Assembly: GCA_964612745.1 (NCBI GenBank)
Contig: CAZTCH010000005.1
Span: 5,448 to 69,447, forward strand
DNA length: 64,000 nt
Reading direction: 5' to 3'
Source of the DNA: an uncultured Candidatus Saccharibacteria bacterium
Lineage (GTDB): Bacteria; Patescibacteriota; Doudnabacteria; UBA920
A program made the translations under genes and the position numbers. Shown piece by piece: positions 27,528 through 36,363 of this stretch. Under the pieces are notes generated by a model. The model worked only from the letters and a program-made list of their open reading frames with translations, searched no databases and was not told the origin of the DNA. The stretch's first letter is position 1, and the number at the start of each line of letters is the position of its first letter.

Positions 27528-27788
27528 AACGCAATAGTGATAACACAATGCACACAAGACGTATATAAAAGACAACTATTGTGATAAATAAAAAAAAGGG
27601 TGATCACTATGCAAGCTGATCACCCAGACAGACCCCATTACATTTTAAGATAGGAGAAGTAAAATATAATTGCTTTGCTTGGAAAACCAAGCAATTCTCC
27701 CTAAAATGATTAGGATCGGTTAATTTACCCTCCGGTAAATTTTTTGTGGGTAGGGGGCCCTTGAAGAGCCCCTTTCCCGTTCTTAGTT

Positions 27789-28220
27789 TTAGGTTGCAAC
27801 AATGGCCGAAGCCGTGGCCAATACATATCCGGCATGAGCGTGGAAACCTGCCACGGTAGGCAAGATGACGTCGAAGTCACCTCTGCCACTGGTTATTTGC
27901 GCCACCGCTGCGCCTGCGTCTGCCATCGCCACATTCGCCGTTGCTGCATCCACCACAGTGCAATTTTCGAGGGTAGTAACAGCCGTCGTCATCACAGCAA
28001 ATTTTGCTGCAGGAGAGGTATCAACGGCGGTTGCCGCGGATACCAGGTTGATTTGATTTGTCGCCGGCATCGCTGAATTTTGGCAGGCAGCTTTTGCTAC
28101 GGCATACGTTGTTTGTTGGTCGTTCTGGGCAGCGTCAGTCTTTGCCAAAGCACTACCGGCAAAAGTCGTGACAACAGCCATCACTGCAAGTGCGAGGATC
28201 CAGCTTTTCATCTTTTTCAT
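27789..28220 (-). CDS. Secreted Ala/Thr-rich hypothetical protein
   Basis: An AAGGAG RBS precedes the ATG at 28218-28220. The signal peptide is MKKMKSWILALAVMAVVTTFAGSALA. Confidence 0.5.
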   Translation of the reverse strand: MKKMKSWILALAVMAVVTTFAGSALAKTDAAQNDQQTTYAVAKAACQNSAMPATNQINLVSAATAVDTSPAAKFAVMTTAVTTLENCTVVDAATANVAMADAGAAVAQITSGRGDFDVILPTVAGFHAHAGYVLATASAIVAT

Positions 28221-28658
28221 AGATGCAAAACTCCTTTTTCTGCAGAAGTTGACTTCCAACCCCACCCTTCAAATACAAGCAAGGAGGGAATGATTTGTCT
28301 ATACAGAGCAAAGCCCTGCAAGACAAAAGAGCAAATCTAAAGCTGGCCGAGCTAGCTTTAGATAAGAAAATAAACTTTTCACTACAAAACAGGGGTTACT
28401 TCTTCAAAAGAAGGGAGCAATTACAGCTCGTAACTTGAAATCGCAGATGAAAAATAAATTAACTTGCACGCATTGTATACCCGCTGGGAAAAACGTGCAA
28501 GGCTTTTCAATAGAACACAAATACCCCTTAAAATTGAGTGTTTAATTGTACATTTGTTATTTCCACAAAAGTTATCCACTGGAGGCATGCAAACATGTAA
28601 GCATTAGACCATGTAAATAAGAAGTACACAGCCCAAGCAGCCGTATTTTCCTGTTTTT

Positions 28659-28746
28659 ATGCTTCCATGCTTACATGTTTCTGTGTTTTGATGTTTTAAT
28701 GTTTACATGCTTACATGCTTAAATGTTTTGATGTTTAGATGTTTCA
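28659..28746 (+). repeat. Array of eleven 8-bp tandem units ATGYTTNN
   Basis: The units read atgcttcc atgcttac atgtttct gtgttttg atgtttta atgtttac atgcttac atgcttaa atgttttg atgtttag atgtttca. Confidence 0.85.
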
Positions 28747-28748
28747 AA

Positions 28749-28760
28749 AATGCTATACTA
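28749..28760 (+). promoter_or_regulatory. Candidate extended -10 promoter element for lemA
   Basis: TGCTATACT (TGn + TATACT) lies about 40 bp upstream of the lemA start. Confidence 0.35.
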
Positions 28761-28798
28761 GGGGGAGGAATGGGATTATTAACTATATATAGAACACT

Positions 28799-29347
28799 AT
28801 GTGGGTATTTTTGATTATTTTGGCAGTAATAGTTATTGCTGCTGTTGGTTTGTACAATTCACTCATTCGCTCTCGCAACCGCGTGGACGAAGCATGGAGT
28901 GACATCGAAGTTCAGCTCAAGCGCCGCTATGACCTTATCCCAAACTTAGTAGAAACCGTGAAAGGTTTTGCTAAGCAAGAATCCAGTGTACTCGAAAACG
29001 TGACCAAAGCTCGCACCATGGCAATGAACGCTGGCACCTTAGAAGAAAAATTGAAAGATGAAAACATGCTTTCTGGTGCACTCAAGTCTTTGTTTGCAGT
29101 AAGCGAAAGCTACCCAGACTTGAAGAGCAACCAAAACTTCTTGCAAATGCAAGGCGACCTCCGCGAAACAGAAGACAAGATTCAAGCTTCCAGACGCTTT
29201 TACAACGGCACCGTCCGTGACTTCAACACAAAGCTCCAAGTCTTCCCTACTAACCTATTTGCTTCCATCCTTGGCTTTACAGCACGCACCTTCTTCGATA
29301 TAGACGAAAATGGGGTTGAGGGACAGAATGTCGCGGTAAAATTCTAA
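28799..29347 (+). CDS. lemA: LemA family protein
   Basis: An N-terminal TM is followed by a LemA-family signature region (ESSVLENVTKARTMAMNAGTLEEKLKDENMLSGALKSLFAVSESYPDLKSNQNFLQ...RRFYNGTVRDFNTKLQVFP). Confidence 0.8.
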   Translation: MWVFLIILAVIVIAAVGLYNSLIRSRNRVDEAWSDIEVQLKRRYDLIPNLVETVKGFAKQESSVLENVTKARTMAMNAGTLEEKLKDENMLSGALKSLFAVSESYPDLKSNQNFLQMQGDLRETEDKIQASRRFYNGTVRDFNTKLQVFPTNLFASILGFTARTFFDIDENGVEGQNVAVKF

Positions 29348-29392
29348 AATAGCACAGATACACAGATAAAACCGATTACTCAGATACCTACT

Positions 29393-29761
29393 ATGGAAAT
29401 TCCACCAGAAGAATTTACTTATAAGGTTATACGAGCGGTGTACGATGTATACAATGAGCTCGGTTTTGGCTATCAAGAAAAATACTACTACCGAGCATTA
29501 AAGTTAAAATTTACCTCACTAGGCTTTTCAGTAGAAGAGCAATTGCTTACCAGGCTTATGTTTGAAGGCAAAAGCATCGGTCGGTATTATTTAGATTTTC
29601 TACTGAACGGCTGTTTAGTAGTAGAACTAAAAGTAGCAACACAGGTATACCAAAAACATATCAATCAAGTATTGGGCTACCTAAAAGCAAACAATCTAAA
29701 ACTGGGAATCCTTGCAGTATATACTTCCCATAAAGTTATAATTAAACGGGTCATCAATTGA
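29393..29761 (+). CDS. GxxExxY-family protein
   Basis: The 122-aa size and the GxxExxY motif within ELGFGYQEKYYYRAL support this call. Confidence 0.6.
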   Translation: MEIPPEEFTYKVIRAVYDVYNELGFGYQEKYYYRALKLKFTSLGFSVEEQLLTRLMFEGKSIGRYYLDFLLNGCLVVELKVATQVYQKHINQVLGYLKANNLKLGILAVYTSHKVIIKRVIN

Positions 29762-29844
29762 TTCGTGTTATCAGTGTAATCTGTGTATCTGTGGTTATAT
29801 AAAATGCATTTAAATCATGCTCTTTTAGTGGTTCGTGGACAATT

Positions 29845-30744
29845 ATGATTACCTACACACACATATCGCAGAACAAACGTAACTCCGTACTGCTCATCCT
29901 TGGCTTTTTGCTGGTGATTACCGCACTTGGCTATGTGTTTAGCCGTGTCTACGACAATGCAGCAATCCTCTTTGTAGCAGTAGCATTTTCCAGTGTATCG
30001 GCAATCTTTTCCTACTACTTCTCCGACTCCATTACCCTTGCCATGTCCGGCGCCAAACAAGTAGACCGCAAGACTGCGCGCGACCTGTACAACCTTGTGG
30101 AGAACCTCACCATTGCCGCAGGGCTACCTATGCCACGAGTCTTTGTTATAGACGATACTGCCATAAATGCATTTGCGACCGGCAGAGACCCGAAGCACGC
30201 AGTTATTTGTGTAACAACTGGCTGCCTTTCAAGGCTTACCAAAGTAGAGCTGGAAGGCGTGCTTGCCCACGAACTTTCCCATATTGGCAATTACGACATC
30301 CGTTTTATGACGCTCGTAGTTGTTCTGGTTGGTGTGGTAACACTCCTTGCAGATTGGTTTATCCGCATTGGTTTGTGGGGCGGCAGAAAACGAGATGACC
30401 GCGAAGGTGGTGGACAAATATTTGCCATTGTTGGCATTGTACTTGCTATCCTCTCGCCAATCATTGCCACACTTATTCAATTTGCGGTTTCCAGACAACG
30501 CGAATATCTAGCAGATGCTTCCGGTGCGCTACTCACCCGCTACCCCGAAGGGCTCGCCAGCGCGCTTGAAAAAATTGCCGCCGACCAAGAACCGCTCGAA
30601 GCTGCAAACAAAGCAACTGCCCACTTATACATCGCAAACCCGCTCAAAAACCAGCACGATGGTATTGGTTGGTTTTCTGGCATGTTCAACACCCACCCAC
30701 CAGTTACCGAACGCATTAAACGCCTCCGCGAAATGAATCTGTAA
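29845..30744 (+). CDS. htpX: Protease HtpX (M48 zinc metalloprotease)
   Basis: The motif HELSHIGNYD is present, with TM helices and a C-terminal NTHPPVTERIKRL. Confidence 0.85.
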   Translation: MITYTHISQNKRNSVLLILGFLLVITALGYVFSRVYDNAAILFVAVAFSSVSAIFSYYFSDSITLAMSGAKQVDRKTARDLYNLVENLTIAAGLPMPRVFVIDDTAINAFATGRDPKHAVICVTTGCLSRLTKVELEGVLAHELSHIGNYDIRFMTLVVVLVGVVTLLADWFIRIGLWGGRKRDDREGGGQIFAIVGIVLAILSPIIATLIQFAVSRQREYLADASGALLTRYPEGLASALEKIAADQEPLEAANKATAHLYIANPLKNQHDGIGWFSGMFNTHPPVTERIKRLREMNL

Positions 30745-30765
30745 GCACTGCCTTACTCTAGAGAT

Positions 30766-30803
30766 TTACAAAAACCCTGCACGCCGAACGCAGGGTTTTT
30801 TAT
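30766..30803. terminator. Bidirectional rho-independent terminator between htpX and recX
   Basis: The hairpin AAAAACCCTGCACGCCGAACGCAGGGTTTTTT has flanking A and T tracts. Confidence 0.65.
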
Positions 30804-31292
30804 TTAGGAAGCAAGTGCAGCATGGATCGCAGCAGAGCGAAACCCACGCGCTTGAAGCTTACCGAGTATTTTTTGCTTGTCTGTAAAAACAAGTTCGGAA
30901 AATGACTCAATCGTATGACCAAATTTTTGTAATGCACGTACCACCGCTTGTTGTTCTTGCACAAGCCCAAAACCATCTTCTAACGCTTGTGTAATAATCG
31001 TGTTCGGAATGCGTTTTTGCAGCAGCTTGGCTTTGGCGTGGTGGAAGCCATACGATTTTACTTCTGCAAAACTCCTAACCAAACTTTCTGCATACCGTGC
31101 ATCATTTATATATCCCAGTTTCCGCACGTACTCTAAAGTCGACTCCACCACAGAAGCTACAAACCCTTTTTCTACCAACTTTTGTCGCAGCTCTGCTTCC
31201 GACTTCCAAGCAACCTGCAAAACCCGCAACACATACCCTTGCGCTACTACTTCCGATTCTGGTTGTTTTGTTCGTACAGTCTTTCCCCACAT
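30804..31292 (-). CDS. recX: Regulatory protein RecX
   Basis: The 162-aa protein has three-helix repeats typical of RecX (SEAELRQKLVEKGF...YINDARYAESLVRS...). Confidence 0.65.
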   Translation of the reverse strand: MWGKTVRTKQPESEVVAQGYVLRVLQVAWKSEAELRQKLVEKGFVASVVESTLEYVRKLGYINDARYAESLVRSFAEVKSYGFHHAKAKLLQKRIPNTIITQALEDGFGLVQEQQAVVRALQKFGHTIESFSELVFTDKQKILGKLQARGFRSAAIHAALAS

Positions 31293-31840
31293 ATACCAAT
31301 ACTATACAATAACTAGTTCCTAGTAACTAGTCGCGAGTTGCGAGAAAAACAGAACAGTCGAACGTCTTCATGTCTTAAGGTCTTCACGCCAGATTGTGAG
31401 AAGCACCAAACAATTACAAGTTTAAGTCAAAAATCAAAACTCAAAAGTCAAAACTTCAAATCAAAACTTTAAACTTTAATGCAATTCAGTTTTGAGTTTA
31501 TAGTTGCAGTTTTGCGTTTTGATTTTTGACTTTATAGTTCTTTCTTATGCTGTGCTTGTGATTTGGAATTTCTTCTTGCTACCCCCTAATTCCTAACTCC
31601 TAATTCCCAGCATTTGAAAGCTCTGTCTACTCTCTATTCTCTACCCTCCCTCCTACGCTAAAGCTTCGGCGGACTCCGCTTTTCGAAGTCTCTCTAATTC
31701 TACTATTTCTTCTCACTCTTCTATTTCTTCTTTCCACCCCTTTCTTGACAGTTATCACTCTCGTTGTTAGACTGACAATACATACGTACCCTACCCCAAA
31801 AATATCTGCTGGTACTGTGGCACTATAATAGAAACACCTT
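31293..31840. repeat. Mosaic intergenic repeat locus (modules M2, M1, the AAAACTCAAAAGTCAAAAC periodic block, CCTAATTCCTAACTCC and the GAGAATAGAG block in reverse orientation)
   Basis: It shares modules with 14600-15095, 45348-45780 and 48427-49091. Positions 31628-31740 are the reverse complement of 48480-48600. Confidence 0.75.
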
Positions 31841-34387
31841 ATGACAAACTTCAACTTTATTTTAGAACGCCTTTCATCGAGAGCGAAAAACGCCCTCATA
31901 GCTGCCCAGATAATTTCCGAAGAACAACTCTGTGACCATATTGGCACAGAGCATTTACTCTACGGTATTTATGCAGAAAAGAATTCTTTTGCTGCAGAAA
32001 TGCTTTCCCGCTCACAAGTCACTGCAGAAAAAATTAAAGCAGAGGTCTCCACACTAAACGCAAGCAATACTATCCCCGCTTGGAAGCCGATACTTTCAGA
32101 AAACCTGAAAACTGCCATAGAACGCGCTGCGATTGCTGCGAGTCAGTTTGGGTACCAATTTATTGGCACTGAACACTTGTTGTACGGCATTATTTCCTCC
32201 CCTGCCAACAAAGCAAAAACACTCCTGCAACAACTATCCATAGACAGCCACGAACTGGAGCACAGTTTGCTTGCGGTTTTTGAAAATATTTCTAAATTCC
32301 CCGAAGGGCAACAAAACGAAAACATGCCCAACAACCCAGCTATGGCGCAGCCTGGTGCACAACCCGCACGAGGCAACGTCCTAGAATTTTTCACTACCGA
32401 CCTTACCAAAAAAGCTGCAGCAGGAAAGATTGACCCCGTTATTGGCAGAAAAGCAGAAATCGAACGCATTACGTCCATATTGGCCAGACGAACCAAAAAT
32501 AACCCAGTTCTTATTGGCGAAGCAGGTGTAGGAAAAACTGCTATCGTGGAAGGACTTGCCCTTGCCATTAGCAAACGCGAAGTGCCAGATATTTTGCTAG
32601 ACAAAAAAATCTTAAGTCTCGACCTTGCGCTCGTAGTCGCTGGGTCCATGTTTCGTGGTGAGTTCGAAAACAGACTTAAGCAAATCTTGGACGAAGCCAA
32701 AGCAGACGAAGACATTATTCTGTTCATTGACGAACTCCACACCATGGTAGGCGCAGGCGCCACCCAAGGCAGCCTCGATGCAGCCAATATCCTAAAACCA
32801 GCACTCGCACGTGGCGAAGTCAGAGTTATTGGCGCCACCACGCTTGCAGAGTATAAAAAATATATTGAACACGACGCCGCACTCGAGCGACGATTTCAGT
32901 CAGTGCTCGTTGCCGAGCCAAGCAAAGCAGAAGCACTCGACATCTTACGTGGACTACGGCCAAACTACGAAGCACACCACAATCTGGAAATATCTGATGC
33001 AGCCCTGTCTGCTGCAGTCGAACTTTCTACTCGGTACATTCAAGACCACTTCTTGCCCGACAAAGCAGTCGACCTTATTGACGAGACCGCAGCATTTTTG
33101 CGCAGCCTGCATGAAAACTCAGCAGCGCTTCGCCAAAAAAAGAAAGTCGAAGCCGACCTCGCTACCTTAGAAGAAGAAAAGACCAAAGCAGTGTGGCAAG
33201 GCGATTTCGTGACAGCAGAGCACCTAAAAACCCAAGAGACACGCTTGCAAGAACAAATACAAAGCTTGGAAAAAGATATCACCGCGGAGCGCAAGAAACC
33301 AGTCCTCAAACTAACTGCAGAACACATCGCGCGCACTGTTTCTACCATTACAAAAATCCCTCTAGAGACTCTCTCCAAGACAGAAATTGGGCAACTGGCC
33401 ACCTTAGAAGAAACACTCAAGACACACGTGATTGGGCAAGATGAAGCAATTGGCGAAGTGGCCAAAGCAATTCGCAGAAGCAGAGCGGGACTGCACAACC
33501 CGCGCAGACCACTTGGCTCATTTATTTTCCTAGGACCAACTGGTGTTGGGAAAACTGAAACTGCCAAAGTTATTGCGCGCGAAGTCTTCCACGACGAATC
33601 TGCGCTCATTCGAGTAGACATGTCGGAATTCATGGAGCGCCACAATGTTGCCAGACTCATTGGTGCCCCTGCAGGTTATGTTGGGTACGAAGAAGGTGGT
33701 AGACTGACCGAATCTGTCCGCAGAAAGCCATATTCGGTTGTCCTATTCGACGAAATAGAAAAAGCGCATGGTGACGTGTTCAATATTCTGTTGCAAATTC
33801 TGGAAGATGGCATCCTGACCGATGCGCAAGGAAAAACAGTGTCATTCCGCAATACTATCATCATCATGACTTCCAACTTGGGCATGCAAGAGCTTACAAA
33901 CCAAGCAGTAAAGATTGGATTTGCAGACAAAGAAGAGCGCGGTACCAAAAACTCCCAAGTATCAGAACTCACCGAACAGTATGAATCTCTAAGAACTGGC
34001 GTACTCGCCCAAGTAAAAAAGCGTTTTAAACCAGAATTCGTAAATCGAATAGATAAAATTTTAGTATTCCGCCCACTCGGCATGGACGAACTCAAACGAG
34101 TAACCCAGCTCCAACTTATGGAAGTTGCCAAACGACTGAAAGAACGCCATATCAGTCTCAAGTACCCTGCGACGCTTGCGAAGTTCATTGCCGAGCAAAG
34201 CTTTGACCCTGCGCAAGGTGCACGATTCATTAGAAAAAACATAGAACGACTTGTAGAAGACCCTATTGCCGAAAAAATTATTCAATCGGGCATTCCCCCA
34301 AAGAGCACTGTAACCATAGAAGTGCGTGGCAATGCTTTGCGCTTTTCCGTAGAGAAAGCGCGCGTCCGCCAATTGGTAGCAGCATAA
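31841..34387 (+). CDS. clpC: ClpC-type AAA+ ATP-dependent unfoldase
   Basis: There are two Clp_N repeats, two Walker A motifs (GEAGVGKT and GPTGVGKT) and a short middle coiled coil, closer to ClpC than ClpB. A terminator hairpin lies at 34393-34423. Confidence 0.85.
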   Translation: MTNFNFILERLSSRAKNALIAAQIISEEQLCDHIGTEHLLYGIYAEKNSFAAEMLSRSQVTAEKIKAEVSTLNASNTIPAWKPILSENLKTAIERAAIAASQFGYQFIGTEHLLYGIISSPANKAKTLLQQLSIDSHELEHSLLAVFENISKFPEGQQNENMPNNPAMAQPGAQPARGNVLEFFTTDLTKKAAAGKIDPVIGRKAEIERITSILARRTKNNPVLIGEAGVGKTAIVEGLALAISKREVPDILLDKKILSLDLALVVAGSMFRGEFENRLKQILDEAKADEDIILFIDELHTMVGAGATQGSLDAANILKPALARGEVRVIGATTLAEYKKYIEHDAALERRFQSVLVAEPSKAEALDILRGLRPNYEAHHNLEISDAALSAAVELSTRYIQDHFLPDKAVDLIDETAAFLRSLHENSAALRQKKKVEADLATLEEEKTKAVWQGDFVTAEHLKTQETRLQEQIQSLEKDITAERKKPVLKLTAEHIARTVSTITKIPLETLSKTEIGQLATLEETLKTHVIGQDEAIGEVAKAIRRSRAGLHNPRRPLGSFIFLGPTGVGKTETAKVIAREVFHDESALIRVDMSEFMERHNVARLIGAPAGYVGYEEGGRLTESVRRKPYSVVLFDEIEKAHGDVFNILLQILEDGILTDAQGKTVSFRNTIIIMTSNLGMQELTNQAVKIGFADKEERGTKNSQVSELTEQYESLRTGVLAQVKKRFKPEFVNRIDKILVFRPLGMDELKRVTQLQLMEVAKRLKERHISLKYPATLAKFIAEQSFDPAQGARFIRKNIERLVEDPIAEKIIQSGIPPKSTVTIEVRGNALRFSVEKARVRQLVAA

Positions 34388-34392
34388 ACACA

Positions 34393-34423
34393 AGAGCAGG
34401 CACAGCGCCTGCTCTTTTGCATA
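34393..34423 (+). terminator. Rho-independent terminator after clpC
   Basis: AGAGCAGGCACAGCGCCTGCTCTTTTG. Confidence 0.6.
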
Positions 34424-34426
34424 CCC

Positions 34427-35131
34427 ATGAAGCAACTATTTCAAGACCTTTGCACCCTGTGTTTAAACGCCATACTCCCCGTTCGCTGTGTTGTCTGTAA
34501 GCAACAAGCCCCCGAAGCGCTGTGCGCGCAGTGTGTGGCAAAATGCGCCCCCGCAAGGCAACGATGCTTCGTCTGTCGCAAAAGTAGCCCCTTTGGGCTG
34601 ACGCACCCCACATGCACCACACGGACAAGCCCTGTGCAGTCACTCGCTTTGTTCGATTACGCCAATGCTGCAGTATCCGAAAGTATTATAATGGGTAAAT
34701 ACAACTTAATCCCCGACGTTTTTCGAGTACTCGGAAAACAGTGCGCCAGCCTGCACACCCTTGCAGTACACACTACAGAGTACGCCCTATGCCCTATCCC
34801 GCTACACCCCAGCAGACTTCGGTGGCGTGGCTTTAACCAATCAGCTCTCGTTGCCACTACCCTGGCAGAACAGTGGAATGTGCCGTACACACCAATCCTG
34901 AGACGCACCAAACGAACAACCCAACAAAAAAATTTAAACGCTCCCGCAAGAAAAGTGAATGTCGCAGACTGCTTTCAAGTCGACCCGAACGCCCCACTCC
35001 CCGCACCCACCACGCATATAGTGCTCATAGACGACGTCTCCACGACAGGGAATACTTTACACCAAGCAATCCGCGCCCTACAGGCAGCAGGGTTCCGCAC
35101 GATCTCCTGCCTCTGCATTGCCAATGAATAA
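34427..35131 (+). CDS. comF: ComF-family protein (double zinc ribbon plus phosphoribosyltransferase domain)
   Basis: An N-terminal Cys cluster (CxxC...CxxC) and the PRTase motif IVLIDDVSTTGNT are present. Confidence 0.75.
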   Translation: MKQLFQDLCTLCLNAILPVRCVVCKQQAPEALCAQCVAKCAPARQRCFVCRKSSPFGLTHPTCTTRTSPVQSLALFDYANAAVSESIIMGKYNLIPDVFRVLGKQCASLHTLAVHTTEYALCPIPLHPSRLRWRGFNQSALVATTLAEQWNVPYTPILRRTKRTTQQKNLNAPARKVNVADCFQVDPNAPLPAPTTHIVLIDDVSTTGNTLHQAIRALQAAGFRTISCLCIANE

Positions 35132-35160
35132 AAAATCACCCACGAATGGGTGATTTTTAT
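35132..35160. terminator. Bidirectional terminator between comF and the cytochrome b5-like gene
   Basis: AAAATCACCCACGAATGGGTGATTTTTATTTT. Confidence 0.6.
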
Positions 35161-35174
35161 TTTAGTACCGTGTA

Positions 35175-35657
35175 CTACTTCACGAAAGAGCCAATTTTGA
35201 AGCTTGCAAGAGCTGCTTCTGCTTGCGCTTGTCCGCCGTGCTGTTCGTTGAACTGCTTGCTACCATCAACACCACAGATTTTCGTAATAGCAGCTGGACC
35301 ACCAGGATGTTTTGCAATCCACGCAGTCAGATCGTACACACCGCTGTTCACTGCAGTCCAGCAGCTGGAACGAGAGTTGTGCGTAGCTACTTCAGCCATG
35401 GTATAGCTCGTTTTTGCTGTTGGGGTAGGAGTAGGAGTTGCTGTACCAACTGGAGTGGTAGTTGCCGTTGGAGTAGCAGTTACCGAAGGAGTGACAGAAG
35501 GGGTAGCAGTAGGAGCTGTATCGGTAGTAGTTGGTGTTGTGCTTTGCATGACTGTTTCAGTTTTGTCATCTGCGTCATTCATAGAGGCAACATATGCGCC
35601 TGCACCAACCAAAACTATTACCAATGCGACTATTCCGGCTATTACATTTTTAGACAT
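35175..35657 (-). CDS. Membrane-anchored secreted cytochrome b5-like heme-binding domain protein
   Basis: An N-terminal TM and a TP-rich linker are followed by the cyt-b5 signature HPGG (ATHNSRSSCWTAVNSGVYDLTAWIAKHPGGPAAI). Confidence 0.65.
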   Translation of the reverse strand: MSKNVIAGIVALVIVLVGAGAYVASMNDADDKTETVMQSTTPTTTDTAPTATPSVTPSVTATPTATTTPVGTATPTPTPTAKTSYTMAEVATHNSRSSCWTAVNSGVYDLTAWIAKHPGGPAAITKICGVDGSKQFNEQHGGQAQAEAALASFKIGSFVK

Positions 35658-35748
35658 ACGATATATACATTAATAAATAACAATATGCTTATTATATCAA
35701 ACTGACCAAAAAAACCACCTCCTACAATCCCCACAGTAATAGACAGAT

Positions 35749-35782
35749 GGTCGTAAAGTAGACGGCCGTCTATTTTACGACC
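35749..35782. repeat. Palindrome GGTCGTAAAGTAGACGGCCGTCTATTTTACGACC (second copy of the 27494 element)
   Basis: There is one mismatch relative to the perfect copy. It is flanked by GATGGTGCCCATC-type motifs (35807-35823). Confidence 0.85.
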
Positions 35783-36124
35783 ACGGGGAAAATACATGCC
35801 AGATGTGACAGATGGTGCCCATCATTAAGCTACTCCCCCACAAGAGAAAAACGACTATACAAACGATAGTCGTTTTTCTAGAAGCGGAGAGGGGGGATTC
35901 GGTCACCCACGGTGGAACTTCAACTCCTCAAGAGTCGTTTCAGTTCACACCTAACGAATTCGCGATGAATGGAATTCATTTCCATTCAAGCTCGTGTCGA
36001 CCCCGTCGCTATTTCATGCTCCAAGTATTCGCAGTTCATCCCGATGTACATCGGGACGCTCTTTTCGAACCCCAGCTCTCCTTATTCCAGAAGAAGCATA
36101 GCTACGAAGTAACTATGCTTCTTC

Positions 36125-36214
36125 TGGCGGAGAGAGGGGGATTCGAACCCCCGGACGGCTTTCACCGTCAGCGGTTTAGCAAACCGCCGCACTAGGCCAC
36201 TATGCGACCTCTCC
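36125..36214 (-). tRNA. tRNA-Ser (anticodon GCT), long variable arm, CCA encoded
   Basis: GGAGAGGTCGCATAGTGGCCTAGTGCGGCGGTTTGCTAAACCGC...GGGGGTTCGAATCCCCCTCTCTCCGCCA. A terminator hairpin lies at 36075-36123. Confidence 0.9.
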
Positions 36215-36363
36215 AGAACGTATCAAGCCTATTTCGCTACCTAGATATGGTAGCTAAAAAACACCCTCGCGTCAAAGTGCGACCCACACCCCCACCATTG
36301 CAAATACCCACAAAAACTAGGTATACTGAGCAGTAGAAACTGCAGACAATAAGCCCAATCTCT

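Noticed and set aside
32143-34242. Three long minus-strand ORFs (232, 206 and 188 aa) inside clpC
   Set aside because: The ClpC reading frame carries unambiguous Clp_N and two AAA+ modules. The antisense ORFs are Ser/Arg-rich shadows.
36125-36214. Possibility that the hairpin-rich 35861-36124 segment plus the tRNA is a tmRNA or an intron-containing tRNA
   Set aside because: I found no tag-peptide reading frame ending in a conserved tag signature or pseudoknot-like layout, and the segment is too short for a group I intron. The tRNA-Ser(GCT) cloverleaf is complete on its own.
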